DNA of 64,000 bases from a virus (taxonomy: Duplodnaviria > Caudoviricetes). Every line of letters begins with the position of its first letter. Positions within the stretch are counted from its first letter, which is position 1. The stretch covers positions 1 through 64,000 of the IMG/VR virus record IMGVR_UViG_3300014204_000015; one strand, written 5' to 3'. Shown here piece after piece: positions 54,338-63,786 of this stretch. A model generated the notes under the pieces. That model was not told the DNA's origin and made no database searches. It worked only from the letters and a program-made list of their open reading frames with translations. A program made the position numbers and the translations under genes.

Positions 54338-55108
54338 ATGAGAAAAGCGTTTACGTTAGTAGAAATGATGATGGTGGTAGTGATCATCGCCATCCTTATG
54401 GGATTGACCTTAGCGGGAGTTATGAGTGCCCGCACTACGGTTCGCAATGGAATCGTAGTTACCCAAATGAGCCAATTAGAAATGGCTCTAGAAAACTATA
54501 GACGGGAGGTGGGAGAGTATCCCCCGGACTTCACAGACGCTAGAGCTGTAGTCAGGCATATTCGGAAGCGGTGGCCTAGAGCCGTTTTCGATCAAGCGAC
54601 ATTTGATGTGGTTAAACCTAACCCCGCCGACCCATCTACGGCTTTGGCGTTTTGGTTCAATGGACCTAAGGGGGAAGGATTCTGTAGTGACCCCGCTAAC
54701 CCTTTCAAGGACTTGAAACCCAAAGACAAAAAGTACCTTGAACCCGGGCTGATATCTCCTCAAGGTACTTTGGCTATCTATACCAAGAACCCTATAGTGT
54801 ATTTTCGTTCTCCCTACGAAGATCATTATTGGGGTTTGGCCGCTCCCTATTGGCATTCCCTAACTGAATTTAGGGAGCCTCAAAAGTACCAACTCATTCA
54901 CCCGGGATTGGATGATGTCTACTATGACGGCCCTCTAGATTCCTCAGGTAAGCCCCTGAGGCGAATAGCCGCTCTAGGCCTAGGGGACGATAGCCCAGAC
55001 CAATTTCGCAGGAATGAGTCAATTGGGTGTTGGTTCTCCGATGCCGACTATGACAACATTACTAACTTCAGCCACGCCACCCTAGAAATTGAAGCTCGCA
55101 AAAACTAA
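54338..55108 (+). CDS. Prepilin-type N-terminal cleavage/methylation domain protein (pilin/pseudopilin-like)
   Basis: MRKAFTLVEMMMVVVIIAILMGL; LE.AL..Y....GEYPP; YQLI.PG.D..Y, DNITNF. Confidence 0.85.
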   Translation: MRKAFTLVEMMMVVVIIAILMGLTLAGVMSARTTVRNGIVVTQMSQLEMALENYRREVGEYPPDFTDARAVVRHIRKRWPRAVFDQATFDVVKPNPADPSTALAFWFNGPKGEGFCSDPANPFKDLKPKDKKYLEPGLISPQGTLAIYTKNPIVYFRSPYEDHYWGLAAPYWHSLTEFREPQKYQLIHPGLDDVYYDGPLDSSGKPLRRIAALGLGDDSPDQFRRNESIGCWFSDADYDNITNFSHATLEIEARKN

Positions 55109-55331
55109 AGGAGTAGCCGTGGGAGTCTATCAAGCCCTAGTTGACCACGCCTTTGACCCGGATACCGGAGAGGGCCCGATGGGGGCTCTCTCCATAGCCG
55201 AGAGGTGGCGGGATGTCTTGGAGGATATCCGGGAGGTCTGCGATGAAAAGGAGAAAATCAGCTGCGGCCGTCTTCTCCGCCATGTTAACCAAGCGATTAC
55301 GTCCATCACCGTTCAAAGGAGAAACCCGTGA
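55089..55331 (+). CDS. Small hypothetical protein
   Basis: 80 aa; GTGA coupling to the next gene. Confidence 0.5.
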   Translation: MKLAKTKGVAVGVYQALVDHAFDPDTGEGPMGALSIAERWRDVLEDIREVCDEKEKISCGRLLRHVNQAITSITVQRRNP

Positions 55332-55597
55332 AGACTGAAACGGCAGTTGATCGGCTCGGGAAGATCAAAGCCCAAATAGCTGATCTGGAAGACCAAGAGG
55401 ATAGGCTGCGAGCCATCCTTATCAACTCGGGAGTCGATACCGTCGAAGGTAAGTTGTTCAGGGCTACGGTATCCTACTCTCAGTACAACCGGGTGGATTA
55501 CCCGGGACTCATCGAAGCCCTCGCCCCGCCGAAACGGATCGTTGCGAAGTTCACCAAGGAAGATCACCGCGTCACGGTCAGGGTGGTCTCCCGCTAG
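55328..55597 (+). CDS. Small coiled-coil phage protein
   Basis: VDRLGKIKAQIADLE..E..L; AAGGAG RBS. Confidence 0.65.
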   Translation: MKTETAVDRLGKIKAQIADLEDQEDRLRAILINSGVDTVEGKLFRATVSYSQYNRVDYPGLIEALAPPKRIVAKFTKEDHRVTVRVVSR

Positions 55598-55605
55598 GAG
55601 AAGTC

Positions 55606-55767
55606 ATGAAGTGGTCTAGAGTGTTTGACGTAGGTACAGGAATCTGCTTAGGTCTTGGGTTCCTGTACCTGAGGGATAATTCAATTCAAGCCCTCGGTTA
55701 TCTATTGGGTGCTGTAACATTTTCTGTCTACAGCCTCAAATTCTACCTCGTGCGACTCAACAAGTAA
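55606..55767 (+). CDS. 53-aa membrane protein (not in the ORF track)
   Basis: AGGAG RBS; two hydrophobic segments MKWSRVFDVGTGICLGLGFLY..ALGYLLGAVTFSVYSL. Confidence 0.55.
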   Translation: MKWSRVFDVGTGICLGLGFLYLRDNSIQALGYLLGAVTFSVYSLKFYLVRLNK

Positions 55768-55790
55768 CCGTTTACCCTAGGAGCGAACAA

Positions 55791-56033
55791 GTGAATTACG
55801 AGCAGTACTTGGATCAGGTCGTGGATCAGATTTTCACGAAGGCCTCCGTCATGTGGACCTGGGTTGAACTCGCGCAGATGGCGGGAGTTTCCTACGGAAC
55901 CGTCTACCGCTTGGGAATGCGTGAGACTCGCTTCCCGCAACTGCGGACGGTGTTCCTCTTGGCTCAGGCCGTCAACATGGACCTTCCGGCAATCAAGCGT
56001 GCCTTGAAGAAGCTGGAGGTGCGGAGTGCCTAA
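55791..56033 (+). CDS. XRE-family HTH protein
   Basis: WVELAQMAGVSYGTVYRLG...R.PQLRTV..LA.AV. Confidence 0.75.
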   Translation: MNYEQYLDQVVDQIFTKASVMWTWVELAQMAGVSYGTVYRLGMRETRFPQLRTVFLLAQAVNMDLPAIKRALKKLEVRSA

Positions 56034-56304
56034 GAAACTACCACGAGCCCGCAAGAGCAAACCAATCACCAAGATTGGTCGCCTCAAGGCCTACGACGAT
56101 GCCCACCCCAATGCGTCGGCCGCAGAAGCTACGAGGGCCTTGGGCTTCACGAAGCAACAGGTATGGGCAATGCGAAACCAACTCAAGCGGAAGGCGAAGC
56201 CTAAGGAGAGAGGATTTAGCCGGGTGAACCTCATCCAGATGATCCTTTCCGTCGGAATCGGCCGTGTTCAAGAAACCCTCGATTTCATGACAGGAGAACG
56301 CTAG
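56026..56304 (+). CDS. Small basic HTH-like protein
   Basis: AEATRALGFTKQQVW; GGAGG RBS. Confidence 0.55.
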   Translation: MPKKLPRARKSKPITKIGRLKAYDDAHPNASAAEATRALGFTKQQVWAMRNQLKRKAKPKERGFSRVNLIQMILSVGIGRVQETLDFMTGER

Positions 56305-56507
56305 TGAAAATCAAACCCGCCGTCTTCTTACGGCAGTCACCCAACATGAAGTACAATACTCTGAATCCTCAACCGGAGGAACCTGAGTACATTTACCATG
56401 TGATGAAGGTGAAAGACTCCCTCTTCATCCACGTAGGGGAAAGACTCTACCCCCACGCCGTCGAGGATTTGATTCAGCAAGGTTGGACCGTTACGATCAC
56501 TGAGTAA
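56304..56507 (+). CDS. Small hypothetical protein
   Basis: 67 aa, coupled. Confidence 0.5.
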   Translation: MKIKPAVFLRQSPNMKYNTLNPQPEEPEYIYHVMKVKDSLFIHVGERLYPHAVEDLIQQGWTVTITE

Positions 56508-56586
56508 GGAAACCAGTCATGGAACGATGGATCATTGAGGGGCTGAAGGTCATGGCCTACTTCTGCGCAGGGGCCGCCTTTAGTGC

Positions 56587-56802
56587 GTGGCTGTACGGAT
56601 GAAGGTAGAATGCCCCAACTGCTTGAGGATGTCGGAGGATAAGGGCCGGGCTGCTACGTGTAGCCATTGTGGTTCTTCCCCGCTCCCTAGCTACGATTAC
56701 CCCAAGGCCAGTGCCTTCTACCCGGGTCCCAAGACGGTTCCGGTATTGACCCAGCTAGCCGAGAAGTTAGCAGCCCGTCGGGGTATCCCCCCGAAGAAGT
56801 AG
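56587..56802 (+). CDS. Small zinc-ribbon protein
   Basis: CPNC...CSHCG. Confidence 0.45.
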   Translation: MAVRMKVECPNCLRMSEDKGRAATCSHCGSSPLPSYDYPKASAFYPGPKTVPVLTQLAEKLAARRGIPPKK

Positions 56803-56813
56803 ACCCACAAGAG

Positions 56814-56852
56814 GCTCCCGCCGCTCCCTCACTGGACGGCGGGGGCTTTTTT
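56814..56852 (+). terminator. Rho-independent terminator ending the plus-strand module
   Basis: GCTCCCGCCG / CGGCGGGGGC stem followed by TTTTTT. Confidence 0.75.
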
Positions 56853-57011
56853 CGTGCGCCGACGGGGCCGTGACCGGATACTCGCGGGAGGCCCCCCGAG
56901 GCAATTCTAGGTGTATCCGGGGTGTGTCTCCGTCGATATTCGCTAAACCTAGACCCTCCCGGGGCCGGATGGGAGCGAATCACCCGACTCCCGGGGGGGC
57001 TAGGACTAACA

Positions 57012-57773
57012 CTAAACGAAGAGCCAGGGCCCTCCCGAAGCCGTCCATGAGGCTCGGCTACGGTTGGCCTGGGCGTAGACAATCTTGCGCCGGATTAGCT
57101 CCTGGGAGGGAGCCACCAGGGCCGGATCGCAATGGGGGTGGGCTTGGTGATGCCCGAGAATCCGAGAGGAGTAGATGGGGGTAAGTCCTAGGCCATTCAT
57201 TAGGCAAAGCCCAAACCAACGGTCTTCACCCGACGGGGCCTCAAATTCCTCATCATTACCTCCCACAGCATACAAGTCTCGACGGTACAGGGCCCCAAGA
57301 AAGAAGAGGGGCCGTTGGCGAGAGGGGCTAGTGTAAATTTTGAGCTGGTCTCCGTAGCCTCCGCTCTTGGGGTCACTGTACACGCATCCGTCTTTGGTAT
57401 TGATTACCGTAGCGATCACGAAGGCCCCGGGAGTAATCGCATTCACCAGAGCGGTTATGCAATTGGGAGAACGGTGGACAACGTCGTCGCTCTGGGCGAT
57501 AATGATTTCACCCTTGGCCATTCGGTAGGCTACGTTCCTCGCCTTCGCGGGGTTGCGGTACCCGGGGGCTCGGTCAATACGATGGTACTGAACCTTGGGA
57601 AAATCCTCGCAAACCTTCGTGGTTTCATCCGTTGGTGAGCCATCGTCCACCACGATTAGCTCCCAAGTGAACTCTGGGTCTTGACTCACGATACTGTCGA
57701 GGGTCTTGCGGAGAGCTAGGGGCTTATCGTAGGTAGCTATACAGATCGATACTTTGGTGGCTAGAGCGGTCAT
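57012..57773 (-). CDS. Glycosyltransferase family 2
   Basis: VSICIATY, LIVVDDGS, ARNVA...AKGEII...DDV, VGGNDE.F...GED. Confidence 0.9.
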   Translation of the reverse strand: MTALATKVSICIATYDKPLALRKTLDSIVSQDPEFTWELIVVDDGSPTDETTKVCEDFPKVQYHRIDRAPGYRNPAKARNVAYRMAKGEIIIAQSDDVVHRSPNCITALVNAITPGAFVIATVINTKDGCVYSDPKSGGYGDQLKIYTSPSRQRPLFFLGALYRRDLYAVGGNDEEFEAPSGEDRWFGLCLMNGLGLTPIYSSRILGHHQAHPHCDPALVAPSQELIRRKIVYAQANRSRASWTASGGPWLFV

Positions 57774-58828
57774 AGGAAGTTCACGTGTTCGGGGTAACGG
57801 TTGATGAGGTAAGCAATTGTCCGGTTCTTCGCGTTGAACATACAGTGGGTACAGCTACGCGCATCGAAGTCCTTCAGGTTCCGCAAGTTGCTGGGGGCTG
57901 TCCATAGCTGTTCCAGGGTTTGATCCTGGAGAGAACCGAGAAGCCCCTGAGGATTGTAGGCCGTTACGCAGCAGCGGTAGACGTTCAAGTCAGCCCCCAC
58001 GTACGTACACAACTGCGAGAAGTAGCAATCGGAATAGTCGGGGGCTCCCTGGGTTAGATCGTCTACCCTATCACTGAATAGATCAAACACCTCAAACTCG
58101 GGAGTCCGTAGCTCACGGGCCGTTCTACAGAGGTCAGTGGCTGGCTTCCGTATCCCGTCGAAGTAGGCCGCTCCCTGAGGCTGGAAGACGGCACTGATAC
58201 GGATATTGTCTGCCCCGGATTCTTGAGCCTGCATAGCTGCTAGGAGAATCTCGGGATAGTTTTCCTTACTGACTACGAAGCCAACGCCTACCAACGGATT
58301 AGGGCCAATACGTCCACCAACTAGCCTTCGGATGTTTTCGTGTACCCGATAGAATACGTTGCTCTTGCTACGTCGGGTATTGGCGTAGGTTCCGGGAGTA
58401 CCCGCGTCAATCGAGAACCGTACCCACGTAGCATGATGGAGAGCCTCTAGCTTTTCGTCGGTGAGAGAGGCACCGTTGGTAACTACCCCGTATTGGATAC
58501 CCGCGTATTGAATGGCGTGGCAAAGTCTAACGAAGTTGGGGTGAAAGGTCGGCTCTCCTCCTCCGGTGATTTCGATAGCCTTCACGCCTAGGGCTTTACA
58601 ACTATCCACAATCTCCAAGAGTTTGGTTAATGGGATTTCACTACGGTCGCTGAAGGTCTTATTAGATGAGTAGCCCTCCATACGGTAGGCGCAGAAGTGA
58701 CAACTCTGATTACACTTGTTCGTTGGAATCAACTGAACGTGAATCGGGCCCAATAGCTTCCCGCTCCGAAGGGCAAGGGTGTGCTCTTGGTGATGGGCTA
58801 CTTTGAGAGGGCTATAGCAGTCTCGCAT
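57770..58828 (-). CDS. Radical SAM/SPASM protein
   Basis: CNQSCHFC, ITGGGEP, VTNG; SPASM C....G..YRCC...C..C. Confidence 0.9.
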   Translation of the reverse strand: MRDCYSPLKVAHHQEHTLALRSGKLLGPIHVQLIPTNKCNQSCHFCAYRMEGYSSNKTFSDRSEIPLTKLLEIVDSCKALGVKAIEITGGGEPTFHPNFVRLCHAIQYAGIQYGVVTNGASLTDEKLEALHHATWVRFSIDAGTPGTYANTRRSKSNVFYRVHENIRRLVGGRIGPNPLVGVGFVVSKENYPEILLAAMQAQESGADNIRISAVFQPQGAAYFDGIRKPATDLCRTARELRTPEFEVFDLFSDRVDDLTQGAPDYSDCYFSQLCTYVGADLNVYRCCVTAYNPQGLLGSLQDQTLEQLWTAPSNLRNLKDFDARSCTHCMFNAKNRTIAYLINRYPEHVNFL

Positions 58829-58837
58829 GGTTCGCTC

Positions 58838-61747
58838 CTAAACGAGTTTCCCGATAGCTCGGGTGATAGTGGAAAGGTGCTTGTACCAGTTATCTTCGGT
58901 CAGTTTGAAATTCCAGGGCTTGGCTACGTCGGAACCTCCAAACCAATGGATGCCGTAGGACTCATTGGGAATTGGCTTGTGTTCCTCGAAGATAGAGTGA
59001 ATGAATCGCCAATCGTAGGGGTAAACTGTTGGGGTAGGTAAATCCAGGATCTTGTACTGAGGGTATTTTGATTGAAGCACCTGGACGGTTCTCTGAGCCC
59101 CTTTGGGCTTACACCGTAGGGCTAGGGTATTTGCTAGGGCATAGACTAGTTCTGACCCATACTGCTGGTAGACTGTATGGACTGGGCGTTGCTTCCCGAT
59201 ATCCGTGAAGAGGGAGCAACCCGAAGAGGCGAATAACCCGATGGCAATAAAGCCGTTCTCGTTACAGAACACTGCATCTTGTTCCTGGAGAGTAAGCCGC
59301 AGGGGCTCTAACGGCCGAGTCCAGAGGATATCCATATCAGCGTAGAACCCGGGGAGCCGTCCCAAGATCTCCCACTGGAATAGGTCGCTCTGTTGGGCTG
59401 GGGCTAGGTTACTCCCAGAAGCGTATTCGATTGGGTAAATCCCTAGGTTAGGTAAATGGTCCCAGTAGTCGGGGCCTTGGTACTCCCGGTCATCCACTTC
59501 CCCGGAAGTCCACGTGCGTGGGCCTATGGAATTCGTAGGATAATGAACCTCGATGACCCAATCAGGGTTTAGCCGACGGAACGAATATAGGGTCAGATAG
59601 CGGAGGAAGGACAAACGCCCCTGCCAGAAGAACCGCATGACTCGGGGGATTCGATCCGTAGTAGGCTCGGGCGTAGGCTTAGGCAGAGCCGGGAGCCTTG
59701 GGCATATCTTCTCTTGGGGAACGACTCCACCCCCAACCCGTCTACGGGCCTCCCGGATGCTTCTCATTTGCTCCTTTCCTTCAGGAGTAACTCCCGCCCA
59801 ATTTCCGATACGCAGATACCCCTCTGAGCCTAGGTGAAGAACCTCAAAGGGTAGCCGCTTGCGGTAGTGCTTATCGAATTTGAATTGGAAGTCGCTGTCG
59901 CATCCTCCCGCGTGAGTCCACTCAATTCCGTACCAAGGTCTTTCGCCCATAGCCAGCCCGTGGAATAGTTGGAAGTACCCGTCAAACTCGTGAGGCTGGG
60001 TCGGGGAAGGTAGGGAACTCCAATCGATTCCGTCTGGTCGAAAGGCTTTCCAATCGGCTAACGTCCTGCGGATGGGTACGTGTAAACTGCGTGGGTCGGG
60101 ATTCTGAAGGTTGAGAGTATTCGGCATAACGATGTCGGCATCCCAAATACAGATCCAGCCATCTCTACCTAACTCGTCCAGAGACTCTTCTATGGCCATA
60201 CCCTTATTGAAGTAGGCCCCGTAGCGAGTGAAGGCATCCGTGATGTATAGGTCTACCCCTTCCGCTCGGGCTAACTCTTGCGTCTGGGTATCATCGGGAG
60301 AGGTTACTACCAGGGTGCGGTCGAAGTGTCGCTTGTTACGCGGGAGCGTAATGGCTAGCTTGTCCGAATAGTTGACACATACAACTAGGGATTTCACTGA
60401 TAACCGATTAGCCACAGGCAGATTAGCAATAGGCCAAAGGCCTAGGCTCTTGTCCGTGTAGGTGGGGTAACTTTCTGTACAGCCTTCGTTGACTAGCTCC
60501 AGGGGCTCTTTGAAACAATATGGTGATTCCTGAAGATTGAGCGGAGCCCAAGAGCCCGTCGAGATGATACGGTTCTTGTGGTTTGGGAAGGTGGTAGTTA
60601 GGAAGTACTGTGAGCCGCTACGGTAGATGTTCTCCAATAGCCGGTTCTGATCGGCTCGGGAGAGATGAACCAGGCAATCTCGGGCGATTATCAAATCAGC
60701 CTTAGGCAATCGGTCGGCTACAGCGTTGAGATGGAGGAACCGTAGGTGAGGGTACTTCTCACGGTTCTTATCAATCAACTCGGCTACGGTATCCACTCCC
60801 GTATAACGTCCTTGGAAGCCAACTAGGGGGAACCAGTTACAGTCTCCACAGCCAATATCTAAGATTGACTTGATGTTGTACTTCTCGATTAGGGCTTTGA
60901 TACCTTCGCGGATTTTAGCCGTAGCCTCTTGGGAAGAACCCACCCCGCTAATTGACTCACTACCGCCCCAATGGTTTTTATGGTATATCTCGGTGAATAC
61001 CTCCTCCACATTGCCCTCAATCCAAGGACCGCTCGTGGATTGCCAGGGGATTTCTCTCGCGGTTGCCCGCTTGAGTTTGATTTCGTAGAGAGCCTTGGCC
61101 ATCGAGTCTGTCTTGGGGGTGTTGTAGTTCTTGTGCCACTGGTGATGGCCTACGATTTGGGTAGTGTAAATGGGTTGGAGGCCTAATCCGTTCATCAAGC
61201 AGTCGGAGAACCAAGCATCTTCGTAGCCCGTCCCCACCGCGAAGTCTTCATCGTTCCCACCCACTTGATATAGGTCTTTCCGGTAAACCGCCCCCAAGAA
61301 GAAGTAGGGGAGTTTCCTGGTAGGCCCCGTAAACTCGCTATGAGCTTGCCCGTTAGGCTCTCGGTTGAGTACCTGGGCGATAATGAAATGGCCTGGAGCA
61401 TCCGAGAGAAGTTTGGAGGCTTCTAGCTCTTGGACAAATAGCTCTAGGGAGTTTGGGGTGACGTGGATAACTTCGTCACTCTGACATATGATGATCTCGC
61501 CTTTGGCTTCCCGGTAGGCTACGTTGCGAGCTGTGCAGGGATTACGGAAGGTCGGGGGCCGGTCAATACGGATACATCGCACCGACGGGTACTTGATACA
61601 GACTCGGGAAACTACCCCCGCCTTACTCCCATCGTCTACTACGATGACTTCGTAATCGAAAGGAGGCTTCTGGGATACGATACTGTCGAGGGTATTTACC
61701 AAGAGTAGCGGTTTGTTAAAGGCAGCAATGCAAACACTAACTTTCAT
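58838..61747 (-). CDS. Multidomain glycosyltransferase: GT2 + class I methyltransferase + GT-A + DxD (GT32-like)
   Basis: VVDDGS; WGGSESISG.GS..ILDIGCGD; WDADIV; FFWQG..SF..L.P.W...GFYADMD. Confidence 0.85.
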   Translation of the reverse strand: MKVSVCIAAFNKPLLLVNTLDSIVSQKPPFDYEVIVVDDGSKAGVVSRVCIKYPSVRCIRIDRPPTFRNPCTARNVAYREAKGEIIICQSDEVIHVTPNSLELFVQELEASKLLSDAPGHFIIAQVLNREPNGQAHSEFTGPTRKLPYFFLGAVYRKDLYQVGGNDEDFAVGTGYEDAWFSDCLMNGLGLQPIYTTQIVGHHQWHKNYNTPKTDSMAKALYEIKLKRATAREIPWQSTSGPWIEGNVEEVFTEIYHKNHWGGSESISGVGSSQEATAKIREGIKALIEKYNIKSILDIGCGDCNWFPLVGFQGRYTGVDTVAELIDKNREKYPHLRFLHLNAVADRLPKADLIIARDCLVHLSRADQNRLLENIYRSGSQYFLTTTFPNHKNRIISTGSWAPLNLQESPYCFKEPLELVNEGCTESYPTYTDKSLGLWPIANLPVANRLSVKSLVVCVNYSDKLAITLPRNKRHFDRTLVVTSPDDTQTQELARAEGVDLYITDAFTRYGAYFNKGMAIEESLDELGRDGWICIWDADIVMPNTLNLQNPDPRSLHVPIRRTLADWKAFRPDGIDWSSLPSPTQPHEFDGYFQLFHGLAMGERPWYGIEWTHAGGCDSDFQFKFDKHYRKRLPFEVLHLGSEGYLRIGNWAGVTPEGKEQMRSIREARRRVGGGVVPQEKICPRLPALPKPTPEPTTDRIPRVMRFFWQGRLSFLRYLTLYSFRRLNPDWVIEVHYPTNSIGPRTWTSGEVDDREYQGPDYWDHLPNLGIYPIEYASGSNLAPAQQSDLFQWEILGRLPGFYADMDILWTRPLEPLRLTLQEQDAVFCNENGFIAIGLFASSGCSLFTDIGKQRPVHTVYQQYGSELVYALANTLALRCKPKGAQRTVQVLQSKYPQYKILDLPTPTVYPYDWRFIHSIFEEHKPIPNESYGIHWFGGSDVAKPWNFKLTEDNWYKHLSTITRAIGKLV

Positions 61748-62450
61748 TGATTCGCTCCTGAAAGTAAGTTAACAACTGATGGACTAGAAGAGGGCTATCC
61801 TTCCAGCGGTCGGGAGGGATAGTCATAGCCTTCGGGTGATGATAGACGAAATAGGAATGGTTCAAACCAAAGCAAACGGTGTCAGTTCCCCGGTAAAGAT
61901 TCCACTTGGCTAGTGTGAAGAACTCCTCCACATTAGAATCGATGTCGATGGGTAGGAAGAGGCTTCGGGAAATTTCGAGGGCTCGGGAGTCGTTGGATAC
62001 GTCATGGGTCAAAACCGATTCCCCGAGGGAACACCAGTCTACGGATTTGGGATTGGTACGAAGTACATGGTTGATCCGGCTCAGCCAGCGTAGGGCTAGG
62101 GGATAGCCCTTCTCCATGTAGATGTAGCCGTTCAGTACCCTACGTGGGAGCCGCGTCCAGGTCATGTAGACTACGGGCCCCCGTGGTTCGGGAGGCTTTT
62201 GGAAGGCTAGGGTGTCTGCGTCCCACCACCATCCGCCGTGGGTAGCTAGCAAAGCCGCTCTTAAACAATCGGCTCTTAGGGCCGGTTGAGGTAGCCTACT
62301 CCAGCCGTCGTGGAGAACCCCTGGAGGAAGGTAGGTGTCGAGGTTCTCGGGCGTGACTAGTTGAAAGTCGTCACCTAAGGCCTTGGCCATCGACCGTAAG
62401 CAAAGATCAATGTAGGGGAGTTTCGGGCCTTCCCAATAGGAGAATATCAT
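61737..62450 (-). CDS. DxD glycosyltransferase (GT32/capsular polysaccharide synthesis-like)
   Basis: IFSYWEG, RAD.LR...L..HGGWWWDAD. Confidence 0.8.
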   Translation of the reverse strand: MIFSYWEGPKLPYIDLCLRSMAKALGDDFQLVTPENLDTYLPPGVLHDGWSRLPQPALRADCLRAALLATHGGWWWDADTLAFQKPPEPRGPVVYMTWTRLPRRVLNGYIYMEKGYPLALRWLSRINHVLRTNPKSVDWCSLGESVLTHDVSNDSRALEISRSLFLPIDIDSNVEEFFTLAKWNLYRGTDTVCFGLNHSYFVYHHPKAMTIPPDRWKDSPLLVHQLLTYFQERINES

Positions 62451-62452
62451 GG

Positions 62453-62977
62453 CTAGGGCTTTCTTACGAACCAGCTATCACCGCCAGGTTCTTGAATCAA
62501 GGTCAGGGTCAGGTTCTCTCGGTTACATAGGGATGTGACTGAAGACACTATCTCGGGATAGTAGCGTTGGGAGTAATCGTGCCCTGCCAAGATTCCGCCC
62601 GGGGCTAGAAGAGGATACCAAAAAGCAATATCCTCGCCACTCTTCCAATGGTCTCCATCGATATAGACAAACTCAGGTTGACGGCCATTCTCCCGGATAA
62701 TCTTAGCAGCATGCTCAGCCGTCTTTAGAAGTCTTACCCGCCCGTCTACCGCAAATGGGGATAGGTTACTAATGGCAAAGGCAATATCTGTAGACCTATC
62801 CCAAGTCATTTCGTCGTAGGGCTCATAGGGGTCTACACAAATCAACTGGTAGCCTTTCCAGCGGGTTAGGAATTGGCGAGCGTATACCGCTTGATCTGTT
62901 CCAATTTCTACGGCAAAGCCGGTTAAGCCTAGCTCATTGCAAAGATCAGCCAGTTGGATTCGAGAGGTTAGAATCAT
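62453..62977 (-). CDS. Class I SAM-dependent methyltransferase
   Basis: VEIGT..A, CVDPY, FVYIDGDH, L.PGGILAGHDY. Confidence 0.85.
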   Translation of the reverse strand: MILTSRIQLADLCNELGLTGFAVEIGTDQAVYARQFLTRWKGYQLICVDPYEPYDEMTWDRSTDIAFAISNLSPFAVDGRVRLLKTAEHAAKIIRENGRQPEFVYIDGDHWKSGEDIAFWYPLLAPGGILAGHDYSQRYYPEIVSSVTSLCNRENLTLTLIQEPGGDSWFVRKP

Positions 62978-63786
62978 CGCATATACCTCCAAGGGTCAGT
63001 GGATTTGGGCAGCCCTTCGTACGTAACGTAATGACCGTCTTTCACCCGGGGGCTTTCCTGGAGGATAGCCAGATTGCTCGGGGTGATGTCGTCAGTGTTC
63101 TCCTTGTCGATGCGACCTAGGAGGTTGAGCGGTACTCCACAACGGTAGCACCAGCGTTGAATTTGATCCTCGAAGGCCGAGATGGGGGCCTGCCAACACT
63201 CAGGGGTTACGGGTAGGCCTCCGGGGCCGTCGAAGAGCATGTCCATCGCCCCCGCTACCTCGCAGAAGAAGAAACCCTTGGGGGTAATCGTACCGCTCCA
63301 AGTCTTCTGAAGCCAGCAGTTGTCAATTAGCTTGCGCTGTTCTTTGGGGTCTTTGATTACATCTTGGATGGCTACTAGGATTGGCGAATGGCGGACGATA
63401 CCGTCGTGAGTGTTGTTATTGACGTAGCCGAAAACTTCGCGGATGATGTCCGCATGAGTCGTATGCTGCCAGTGTAATCCCGTCCAGAGTCCTCGGTGCT
63501 TTCGGTCGGGGATAATACTGGCGAACATAGCACAGATTTGAGGGAACTCGGGGTGTAGTAGAGGTTCTCCGCCGATGATGCCTATGACCTTGTTAGCTAC
63601 CTTGTGGATCGGCGGAGGGCTCCCCGACGGGAAGGTGCTAAGGGCGTCGGCCGCACGGGCAAAGTCTGTGAGGTCCATGAAGAACGGTTCCCGATGACCT
63701 ACGAATCGGGTACAGTTAGAGCATGCACGGGTACACGCGTTGGTAACATCAATTTGGATACACCACTGAAGCCTAGGGTCTATCAT
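62974..63786 (-). CDS. Radical SAM protein
   Basis: IDVTNACTRACSNC, IIGGEPLLHP; CW.Q..WS..ITP.G..FCEVA. Confidence 0.85.
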   Translation of the reverse strand: MIDPRLQWCIQIDVTNACTRACSNCTRFVGHREPFFMDLTDFARAADALSTFPSGSPPPIHKVANKVIGIIGGEPLLHPEFPQICAMFASIIPDRKHRGLWTGLHWQHTTHADIIREVFGYVNNNTHDGIVRHSPILVAIQDVIKDPKEQRKLIDNCWLQKTWSGTITPKGFFFCEVAGAMDMLFDGPGGLPVTPECWQAPISAFEDQIQRWCYRCGVPLNLLGRIDKENTDDITPSNLAILQESPRVKDGHYVTYEGLPKSTDPWRYMR

